Assembly: GCA_964016885.1 (NCBI GenBank)
Contig: OZ024749.1
Coordinates: forward strand, 51,956,001 to 52,020,000
Source of the DNA: Eledone cirrhosa
Lineage: Eukaryota
Direction of reading: 5' to 3'
DNA: 64,000 nucleotides
Shown: one piece after another, positions 10,999-21,310 of the stretch
How the letters are laid out: each line of letters opens with the position of its first letter
Position numbering within the stretch: position 1 is the stretch's first letter
Translations under genes and position numbers: made by a program
The notes under the pieces: generated by a model
Databases searched by the model: none
What the model was told of the DNA's origin: nothing
Seen by the model: only the letters and a program-made list of their open reading frames with translations

Positions 10999-13900
10999 TC
11001 AGCTGCCACTTTCTGACTCATCAGTCTGTTTAATGTCCACCTGAAACCACCACAACCGGAGTTCATTTGAATAATTCACTGGAACCTCTTCTTCTTCTTC
11101 AGAATCTTCATCAACATGTGTATGCCACTGCCCTGAGGTTGATGCCAACAGAGGGTAACTTGGATGCATGCTGAAAATAAATGAAAATAATAAATCCAAC
11201 AATATATAATAACTTGTCAAGGCAAGTAGCTGAGTGGTTAGAGAATTGGATTCGCAATCGTGAGGTTGTGAATTTCATTCCTGGACCAGGCGATGCGTTA
11301 TGTCCTTGAGCAAGACACTTTATTTCATGTTACTCTTTCTGTCTGGATTTGAAACCAGTAGATAGTATTAGTAATTGGAAAGATCAATGGAAACATTGTT
11401 TCCTTGGTCTGATTTGACAAACTCTATCCCACTCGTTAAGTGAAATCACAGTAATTGTTAATTTAATCTCTTATTTATTATATATATAGTTGGTGTTAGG
11501 AAGGGCATCCAGTGGTTAAGACCAAACCAGAAACAGTTCTGTATGAGCAAGACACTGTCACCTAATCTGATCCTACTTGTCTCACAATGGAACAACTCAT
11601 CTAACCCATGTTAGCATGGAAAGTGGACGTTAAATGAAGATGATGATGATTATATATAAATATATATATATATGTGTTTAGCGTTAGAAAGAGTATCTAC
11701 TTAAGACCCTAAACACCGGCTTATTTTGCTAAATAGTTAAATCCAGGGGCTGTGAAGGTGTTGTGTTATTAAAGCCATGTGTAAGTATACAGTTAATAAG
11801 GTTAGGATTGACAGAAAATTTAGAGACAAGTTTAATACAAAGATAGATATTCAACAGAGCTCTATCCTTATTCCATTCATTATCATGTTTAAGACACAGG
11901 GGTTCAGAACCTGTTTTTCTTGGAAAATATTATATGCTGGTTCTCAGCAAAATCTGTCAAAGTTACAGAAAAAAATTCCAAACCTGGAAATATGGGCAAG
12001 GATCTAAAAGTCCCTGAATAGGTCAAGAATGTGCCAAGTAATAAATATTACACAGATATACAAAAGATGTTGTGGAGTTTATGCCAGAACTTCAAGTGTA
12101 ATAAATATGGAGTGGACGGGCTCTGCTGGTTTTAACACGGAATGTTCTGGTTACTCAAACAATGGAATAACCTGCTTGTGAAATTAACATGTAAGTGGCT
12201 GAGCATTCCATAGACATGTGTACTCTTAATGTAATTCTCAGGGAGATTCAGCATGACACTGCTTGTGAAATTAACATGTAAGTGGCTGAGCATTCCACAG
12301 ACGTGTGTATTCTTAATGTAATGATGGTGGAGGTGGTGTTGATGTTGATATTGGTGGTGATGATGATTAAAAGACAACATACCTAACTCCATTGACAGTG
12401 TCTGTGTGAGCAGGATATGTTAAATGAGGCAAGAGGCTGCGTTCTTCAGTTGTACTTTGATCCTCAGATGTGTTAAACGTGTCCCAAACAGTAATTGTAC
12501 CATTATGGTTTCCTGATATTAAATATTGTTCAGATCTATAAAATAATGATTGATAATTTCAAGAAACATTGAGGTAAGTGAGGTCTGGGGATCTTGTTAT
12601 TGATTTCCTTTCCTTCTATCTAATTATCCATATTAGAATGTGTGTATAAAATATATTTAAAACATTCAAACATTAACTGAATGAGTACTCAATACTGGTG
12701 GGTAGAGTGTAGAAATATATTCTCTAAGTAGTGAAGTGAGGCAGTGACTTTGAAGTTTCACTTTGGTCACTTCATCTGGTTACCAGACGAAGGAACCACG
12801 TCGAAACTTCAAAGTCACTGCCACTGTTCTACTTAGAAAATATATTTCTAATATCCATATATGAAGGTACATGGCCTAATGGTTAGGGTGCTTGGTATAT
12901 GATCATAATGTTGTTGGTTCAATTCCTCAACCTGGTTGTGTGTGTTGTCTTCTTGAACAAGACACTCTATTTCACATTGCTGCAGTATACTCAGCTAACA
13001 GTGAGTACCAGAAGTAGCTGGAGAGTTAATCCTGCAATAGACTGGTGTGCCATCCAGGGGAGGTATTGTATTCTCACTTAATGCCAAGGAAACTGGGGAT
13101 AAGCACCGGCCTGATGAGCATTCAGCTTAGAACAGACTTTAACTTTAACTTTTAACATATTTATTTCGTTTTGGTGACATGAGAAAAAGCACCCAGTCCA
13201 CCCTGTAAAGTGGTCGTGTTGGTGACAAAAACAAAACAAAAAAAGAAACTACATACGGTGAAAGATCAAAATATATTCTTTGATTCGTCTCAACTTGACG
13301 AGTTGCAACATATAAGACATTGCCTAGATTCCGTAAATCCCAGCAAAGTATTTCAGGGTCCTTAAAAATAAATAAATAAATAAAGAATATTAAGAATATT
13401 TTACATTTAAATTACTCTATATTTACTGTTGTATTTTCATAGTAAAAACTTTATTTCACATTATTACCTCACATAATATCGAATCTACAAGATTTTGAGA
13501 ACAATACCATAACATAAGTATGAGCAGCCGGCTATGGCCAGTTTGAACAGAATGAGGCAAGAGAATTCTGGCTGGATACAGCCGGTTTTATTGCTAAAGG
13601 GTTAAGCATTATCAAGTCTGCATTTCTAAAATCATTACTGGTACTTTATTTTATCGACCCCTTAACACTTTAGCATTTAAACTGGCCGTATCCAGCCAGA
13701 ATTCGCTCACATCTTTCTGTTCAAACTGGCCTCTCATACCAATGTATTGCTCTCAAAATAAATAACATCAAAATCTCGTAAATTCGATATTATGTGAGAT
13801 AATACATAAGATAAAGCTTTACCACAAAAATACAATAGTATATATATAGAGAGAGTAATGTAAATGCTAAAGTGTGAAGGATGAAAGGTAAAACTAACCT

Positions 13901-16900
13901 CAGCAGTATTTGAACTCAGAATGTAAAGGGTCATAACTCTATGCTGCAAAGCATGTTGTCCGACGCTCTACCGATTACTGCCAATTCACCAAAGGAGAAG
14001 ATAATACAAAGATAACTTACTTTACGACCACCACTGTAAAGTTTAGTTCCATCTGATGAGAACATTATGTGTGTTACACCACCTTTCTGACCATTTAAAA
14101 TACTAAGAGGAGTTTCTGATGATGTCGTGTAGAGGGCAACTGCAGAATTAGATTTAAAAAAAAAACAGAAAATCTAATTAGGTGCAGAAAATGGACATTA
14201 AATGGTGATGATGACATGGTGAAAGTGGTGACATGAGAGCTGATCATCTCAGATTGCTGAAGCTCACAGAGGAGATGACAAAAGAACACAACTAGTGTGG
14301 AACATGTAGAGAGGTGTTGTACTGAGAAGGACCTGTCCAACCCATGCAAGTGAGGAACAAGTGGAGAGGTGCTGTACTAAGAAGGACCTGTCCAACCCAT
14401 GCAAACATGTAACAACAGACGTGATGATGATGGTAAAAATAAAGAGGAACCCAAAATGAAGATATGGAAAAGGTATAGAACAGTAACTTACTTTCTTTAG
14501 AGTAAGACCCTGTAGCATACAAGGACATATCAACAGCACTGGGAGCAATACATGATATTATTCCAGACTGACCAGTTTTTTCTTTCTTGGCTGAAGTTTT
14601 ATAAAATATAAAATATCTGTATATAATTTGTTTCTTTCAACAAATATAATAAATACAACTGGTTGTGGTCTACATGATAAATGCATGCAATACACTCGGT
14701 AAAGCAATGATTCCCAATGAGGGACGCAATTTAAATATTTAACCCTTTAGCATTTAAACCAGTCATAACCATATGATGATGATATACATACACGTATATA
14801 TATTTAATATAGAAATGGCTTCTACAGAACTAGAACTGTTTCATTCGGGTGAAATCATCAGGAAGCCTGATATATATATACACAAAGAACAATGTAAGAC
14901 TTACAATATGTGGGCAGTTCAGTACAAATCCGGCCTGGTTGGTTGACATCAAACATTCTTAACATCTTATTAAAACCACAAAATAGTTTTTGTCCATCCA
15001 AACTGAATGCCAGGCTATGTGCTGGTGTAACTTCATCCTTTAAATTAGAAAAGTGATACGTCAAGAAAGATATTTTCACCATTTTTAAGGATTCCTATTA
15101 AAACTAAAATATTCCAATATATTGTAATATTTGGGGATGGTCATTTTGCCAATTGACTACACACACCATATAACTTTTGCTTTATCTTTATTCTTCCGTC
15201 AAAGCTTTTTCGTCACACTAATCTATGACCTCTTCAATGACAATCGAAATAAATACAAATAATTGTTTCTACTATTGGCACAAGGCCAGCAATTACCCAG
15301 TACATTATTGGTACTTTATTTTATCGACCCCGTAAGGATGAAAGGCAAAGTTAACCTCGGCGGGATTTGAACTCAGAATGGCAAGGGCCGTAACTCTATT
15401 CGTCAAAGCAAGGCGTCCGACCGATACTGCCAATTCACCGCCCTATAAATAAATACAAATACAAATAATAACAAATGTTACTTACAGCTTGATCATAAGC
15501 CCTATAAGTACAACGTAATTCGCCAGTAAAAGCATCCCATAAATGGATTGGATTACTTTTTGATGTGCTAGCTAAACTGTAAAACAGAATAAAGAATTTA
15601 TAAAATTATGTAATTTAAAAATAAATTTTTTTTAAAATCAGAATTTAAAGAAAATGAAAGGAAGATTATGATGATGACAACGATTGTGATAGTGAAAAGA
15701 ATATTTGAAATTTAAAAACGAATTTTGCATAAACATTGCAGCCAGCATGTGAATGTGTGTGTGTGTGAGACAGAGCGAGAGAGAGAGAACAGGGTGAAGA
15801 GAGAGAAAAATAAGAGAAGAGAGAAAGTGAGGGAGAGATACTTAACCTCAACCCATGCACTACAATCTTTACTTTAGTTTACTACAAATCTTCACAACAA
15901 ACTGTCAACCAGTAAAGATGCTATAATCATTTCAATTAACAAACCTATTTTTAGATAATTACAGGATGTTAACAGTTAAATAGCTTTTATTTTAACTATG
16001 GGAAAGTCCCGTGCTGGACTTACCTATAAACTAAATAAGTTATAACGTAGGGTCACACACCCTCAGGGAAAAGGCCTCATTTTAAAATATATTATATTAT
16101 TATGTTTTATTCTTTAACACTAAATCATTAAAAAATCATCATCATTTTACGTCTGCTTTTCCCTGCTTGCAAGGGTGGGATGGGAACTGATTCTGGCTTG
16201 ATTTCTACAGCTGGATGCCCTTCCTAACACCAACCTCATTTACAGTGAGTGCTGGGTGCTTTTTTTCCATGGCGCCTACACGTCCACTTTACAGTGTGGG
16301 CTGGGTGCTTTTTTTGCCGTGGCACCTCCACGACCACTTTGCAGTAGAATGATAGGGACCCCAGTCCCTATCATCTCATTTCTACAGCTGAGTAAACTGG
16401 AGCAATGTGAAATAAAGTGTCTTGTTCAAGGAAACAACACATCACCCGGTCTGAGAATTGAACTTACAACCTTTCGATTGCAAGGCCAATGCTCTAACCA
16501 CTAAGCCATGTGCCTCCATATATATATAAATATTAACATTAATATAAAAAAATAATAATTAAATTTTCTTATAGAAGGGCCTCAAATTTCCTATAGTTTA
16601 GGGACTCATCAGGTGAATGTCCAATATGACAAAGCCAATACAATGTGAATTGGAGATATAATGGTGGAACTAGAATAAAGTAAAAATGACGAAACAAAAC
16701 AATAGTTTTTTCCCTAAATTTCATAACATTTCAAGGTTATACCCCCTTTTTCAAATGAAATCAGGAAGTAAATAGGTAAAGAAGTAGTTGAAGTTTATAG
16801 ATTAAACTCACCAACAAGTCTCTGGATAGGCTGATGACATTCCTGGATACCAGCAGTAATCATAGATTGTCCCCGATTCAAACATTTTGAGGACAGCATC

Positions 16901-19312
16901 CTGGGAAAGACAAAATATTAAGCATGGCATAATTATCAAAAATAATAAAATACAAAAACATGTTTACTTTTTGAAAAGCCACCACAATGAAAATAAATTG
17001 CAAATAGTAAATAATAGTAAATATGGCAACATATTTACATACATACATAACAATAAGTTTTTATACAAATTATGTTGGAAGATTTTAATTTAAATAGGAA
17101 CCCAATATTGGCTGGGGATCCAAAAGAAGTTAGATTTTCACAGATCATATAAAATAAAAACATCAAATAGACAAACTTTATAACACTCTAAATATAAAAG
17201 ATATACTTACAATTGGAGGTAAATCTTGTGTTTCTCCATTATATAATTTCTCTGGTAAATTAAATAATCTCAAACATTGATCTTCACTATTGGTCAATAT
17301 ACAGGAACCATCAGGAGCCCTGGTATCAATGAAACCAAATATTCTTTAATGCCTGACTTGACTTGTCTCATTTGACAACACATCTAACCCATGTTAGTGG
17401 GGGAAATGGATGTATGATGATGATGATTCTGCATTTCTATTGGACATTATCTATGTATGATAGGGCGGTGGATTGGCAGTATCGGTAGAGAGTCGGACGC
17501 CATGCTTTGACGCATAGAGTTACGGCCCTTGCCATTCTGAGTTCAAATCCCGCTAAGTAGACAGTGATGAAGATGATGATTTCTAGGGCATTATTTTAAA
17601 CCTGGCAGAGCCCATCTCCTCTCTAGGTCTGAAAAGAGCAGATCTCTTCCAGAGAAGGTTAGAAAGAGTGATAGAAAATAGGAGAAAGAAACACAGAAGA
17701 AGAATCAACCCCAGTACTAGACTGGTACTTTTTTTTATTGACCTCAATGGAATGAAAGGCAAAGTTAACCTCGGTGGGATTTGAATAGGAACCCTTTTAA
17801 AATGGATGGTTTTGTTTCATAGGACCAGAGCTGGGTTTGGGTAGGTTGGTATCAAAAGGGTTAAGCAGTGAAGGATAAAAATAAAATGAACTGTGATAAA
17901 CAAAGATTTTGAATTTGATTAACATCAAAATCTTAATTAAAATTTAAAGAAAGATCTCACCATTTACACCCCTTCAAAAAATTGTTTTCTTTTTTAGTAA
18001 ATTCATCAGATGAGTTGTTGATGAGTTCAGGAATCTTGGAGAAATCACTGTAATTGTGAACAAAAAGAAACTAATATCAAAATATAATTATATTTCCTCT
18101 ACTGTGTGTATTTGTTATAGGGACCCTGCGTGGTTAAGGAGTTCCCCTGCTGTGTGTATCTCTTATAGGGACCCAGAATGGTTAAGAAGTTCCCCTGCTG
18201 TGTGTATCTCTTATAAGGACCCAGAATGGTTAAGAAGTTCCCCTGCTGTGTGTATCTCTTATAGGGACCCAGAATGGTTAAGAAGTTCCCCTGCTGTGTG
18301 TATCTCTTATAGGGACCCAGTATGGTTAAGAAGTTCCCCTGTTGTGTGTATCTCTTATAGGGACCCAGTACGGTTAAGAAGTTCCCCTGCTGTGTGTATC
18401 TCTTATAGGGACCCAGAATGGTTAAGAAGTTCCCCTGCTGTGTGTATCTCTTATAGGGACCCAGTATGGTTAAGAAGTTCCCCTGCTGTGTGTATCTCTT
18501 ATAGGGACCCAGAATGGTTAAGAAGTTCCCCTGCTGTGTGTATCTCTTATAGGGACCCAGTATGGTTAAGAAGTTCCCCTGTTGTGTGTATCTCTTATAG
18601 GGACCCACTACGGTTAAGAAGTTCCCCTGCTGTGTGTATCTCTTATAGGGACCCAGTATGGTTAAGAAGTTCCCCTGTTGTGTGTATCTCTTATAGGGAC
18701 CCAGTATGGTTAAGAAGTTCCCCTGTTGTGTGTATCTCTTATAGGGACCCAGAATGGTTAAGAAGTTCCCCTGCTGTGTGTATCTCTTATAGGGACCCAG
18801 TATGGTTAAGAAGTTCCCCTGTTGTGTGTATCTCTTATAGGGACCCACTACGGTTAAGAAGTTCCCCTGCTGTGTGTATCTGTTATAGGGACCCAGTATG
18901 GTTAAGGAGTTCCCAGCTGTATCTGTTATAGGGACCCAGTATGATTAAGGAGTTCCCCTGCTGTGTGTATTTCTTATAGGGACCAAGTATGGTTAAGGAG
19001 TTCCCCTGTGGTGTGTATCTCTTATAGGGACCCAGTATGGATGAATGGTTAAGGAGTTCAATTTGCAATCATTAGGTCCTAGGTTCAATCCCACTCGGTA
19101 CAGGGCCAGACTTTCAACTACGGAGGCCCTAAGTTAAAAGTGTGTGTGTGTATAGGAAAGCCCTGGTGATTTTTTTTTTATGAAAAAGTTCTAGTCCTGT
19201 AGAAGCCATTTCTAAATTAAACTTGATGTTTACACTCTACTACATTGAGTACCTTACTAACAGTGGTTTCGCCCGATTGAATCGGGGACTCACTCACACA
19301 CACGTGTATGTA

Positions 19313-19363
<51 letters not shown>

Positions 19364-19641
19364 TAATGTAATGGAAACTTGTAATAATTTAAACACATGT
19401 CTGTGTTTTGAAGGGAAATAATTCTTTCATTTACAAGGTTCTTTACAGAATTTAAATGAAACAACGATCTCTTTTTATAAAAACAATATATACTAATTCA
19501 ATATAAAACACTGTGATAATTACAAGCAAAGAAACAATTGACAATTTTTATAAAGGACAGCTAAATTCAAAATTAATGACTTGGAGTAATTTAGTTATTT
19601 CTATAAATTCATTGTTGGTTTACTCACATATCCTGTCCCAT
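10999..19641 (-). CDS. WRAP53: Telomerase Cajal body protein 1 (WRAP53/TCAB1/WDR79), ~389 aa, 11 exons
   Basis: Exons (minus) 19628-19641, 17961-18047, 17211-17319, 16812-16900, 15486-15576, 14905-15037, 14492-14590, 14021-14139, 13257-13360, 12383-12535, 10999-11170; all GT-AG, 1170 nt in frame. Motifs [82 protein letters not shown]. The 14-nt first coding exon is the least certain part. Confidence 0.93.
11220..11442 (+). mobile_element. tRNA-derived SINE, second family (also ~505-715 minus and 62770-63010 plus)
   Basis: gtagctgagtggttagagaattggattcgcaatcgtgaggttgtgaatttcattcctggacc head, followed by gtccttgagcaagacact. Confidence 0.8.
12172..12323. repeat. Local direct duplication (period ~87 bp)
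   Basis: ctgcttgtgaaattaacatgtaagtggctgagcattcca at 12172 and 12259. Confidence 0.8.
12710..12850. repeat. Imperfect palindrome centred on a degenerate hammerhead core
   Basis: tagaaatatat..ggcagtgactttgaagtttc ... gaaacttcaaagtcactgcc..atatatttcta, centre tctggttaccaga. Confidence 0.8.
12865..13155 (+). mobile_element. tRNA-derived SINE with V/Nin-like central domain and (aacttt)n tail
   Basis: tggcctaatggttagg..gttcaattcc head; gttaatcctgcaatagactgg..catccagggg; gggataagcaccggcctgatgag. Partial reverse copies at 45890-46055. Confidence 0.7.
13394..13874. mobile_element. Two family-A MITE copies in inverted orientation (~13394-13601 and 13666-13874)
   Basis: gctaaaggg|ttaa at 13601 and ttaa|cactttagc at 13666; the internal sequences are reverse complements. 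Confidence 0.8.
14817..14867 (-). ncRNA. Type I hammerhead ribozyme motif, apparently complete, sense orientation in a WRAP53 intron
   Basis: GGCUUC-CUGAUGA-UUUC-accc-GAAU-GAA-ACAG-uucuaguu-CUGU-A-GAAGCC: 6-bp stem I, intact core, stem II with a U.U first pair, 4-bp stem III and a GUA triplet. Confidence 0.72.
15121..15248 (-). mobile_element. Solo Penelope-like pLTR fragment with minimal hammerhead motif (15198-15241)
   Basis: Shares ttg..tttggg.gggtcat.ttgccaat and gtcaa..tttcgtcacac..tgacctcttca.tgac with 5655-5835. Minus strand reads GUCA-UUGAAGA-GGUCAU-loop-GUGAC-GAAA-AAGCUU-UGAC. Confidence 0.68.
15258..15445 (-). mobile_element. tRNA-derived SINE, same family as 54783-54968
   Basis: Near-complete reverse-complement copy. 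Confidence 0.85.
18101..19040. repeat. 48-bp minisatellite, ~19-20 copies, in WRAP53 intron 1
   Basis: Unit gggacccag(a/t)atggttaagaagttcccctg(c/t)tgtgtgtatctcttata; explains the 16-aa periodic ORFs on both strands. Confidence 0.95.
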
Positions 19642-19892
19642 TTTTCAGCTTTACATGCTCTTCATGAATACGAAAATAATGTTAGAAGTATTTTTTTAAA
19701 TAATAATAAATAATATAATATAATATAATATAATTTTTGAAGATTAGTTTAAAACTAATTTATATAATATATATTTTTTTATGTTGTTAATATTTCATAT
19801 AAATATATTTAGTGAAATTTTTATACGATACTATATTTTCGTTTTAACAACACAATTAGTCATCACGACTCCATTTTGTCTTTCTCGGGAAG
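19642..19892. promoter_or_regulatory. Putative compact bidirectional promoter / 5' UTRs of WRAP53 and SNIP1
   Basis: Divergent start codons at 19641 (-) and 19893 (+); YY1-like CCATTTT at 19871. Confidence 0.6.
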
Positions 19893-20539
19893 ATGGGCAG
19901 CGATAATGAAAGCTATTCCGACCTTTCTAGCTATCCCTCAGTCTCTGATGACATTAGAAAAGACTTCTATCGTTCTAAGGATTGTTATCGTCGAGATTAT
20001 CACAGAGAACGTAAGGTAAGAAGAATATAAAACTCCACATTATTAGCTTGATGACTCTTTTAGACATATTTCTGCCTTGTAACTTTGTTTCTTTCATGTG
20101 ATTCTGATAAACTATATAAACTGACATTTTGGCTTTATTATTATTTCGTACTAGCTAATTAGATTATATTATGTAGGTCTTTTTTTAATAAATCTATTCG
20201 GCAGTTGTTTGTAAAAAGTGATTTGGATGCCTATATCTAAATCCTGTTGTTTTCATCTTACACAATAGTTTAGCTATACATAGCGGAGATAAATATATAT
20301 ATATACATAGATGAAATGTATGTAGAGAATTATATATGACAGTATAAAATTGCCAAGTAGTTTCAGAATTAGCTCAAATGTATTTATATATTACTGGTCT
20401 GAAGAAAAGGTAGATTTTTTTTTTAGGGAGAAAAAGTCGGAAAGGCAGACATAAAATCACACACACACATATATATATATATTTATATAAATATATATAT
20501 ATATATATATTTATATAAATATATATATATTTAAATATT

Positions 20540-20571
<32 letters not shown>

Positions 20572-20724
20572 ATATATTTAAAAGGTATTCCGTTAAAAAA
20601 CTGGAAAAGAATTAGAATTAAAATGAGGCAATCGGTTCATCAATAAAGTACACACACATCTAGTTGTAGATTCATTGATATATAAATGAAAACAAACATT
20701 GATGTCGTGGCTCCATACTTGTAG

Positions 20725-20769
<45 letters not shown>

Positions 20770-21275
20770 TGTATGTATATATAATACTCTACACACACAC
20801 ATCTCGGTCGACTGGTACTCGATTTTCTCTAGTACTGATTAGTCATTCATGTGTGTGTGTAAGTGTATAGAATAATATGTGTGGAGGTGTATGTGTATAT
20901 ATAAAGTGTGTGACGGGGGGGATATATAATATATATCATATAGAGATGACATTCGTTTGAAATCATCGAAATGACGATTTCAAACGAATGAAACGGTTCT
21001 AGTTTTGTAGAAGTCATTTTTATATGAAATAAATATATGTACCTTCTTCAATTATGGTATCCATTAACTTATTTAAGCTGTGGTTCCCTGCCATTCCCCT
21101 TCAGAAAACCATCTTTATATATATAATTATATTCCTGGATGGTGACGGGGGTAGCTACAGTTAAAAAAGGTTACTCACTACATTGGTAGAGTATAGGCAT
21201 CTTTATTATATATAGAAATGACTTCTACAGGACTAGGACTGCTTCATTCGTATGAAATCATCAGGAATATCCATA

Positions 21276-21310
<35 letters not shown>

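Noticed and set aside
11220-11290. tRNA genes at A/B-box-containing heads (also 12870, 17461, 54783, 62770)
   Set aside because: No complete cloverleaf; each continues into a dispersed SINE body.
18056-18931. 291-aa and 249-aa periodic ORFs on opposite strands
   Set aside because: By-products of a 48-bp (multiple of 3) intronic minisatellite; no ATG context, domain or splice support.
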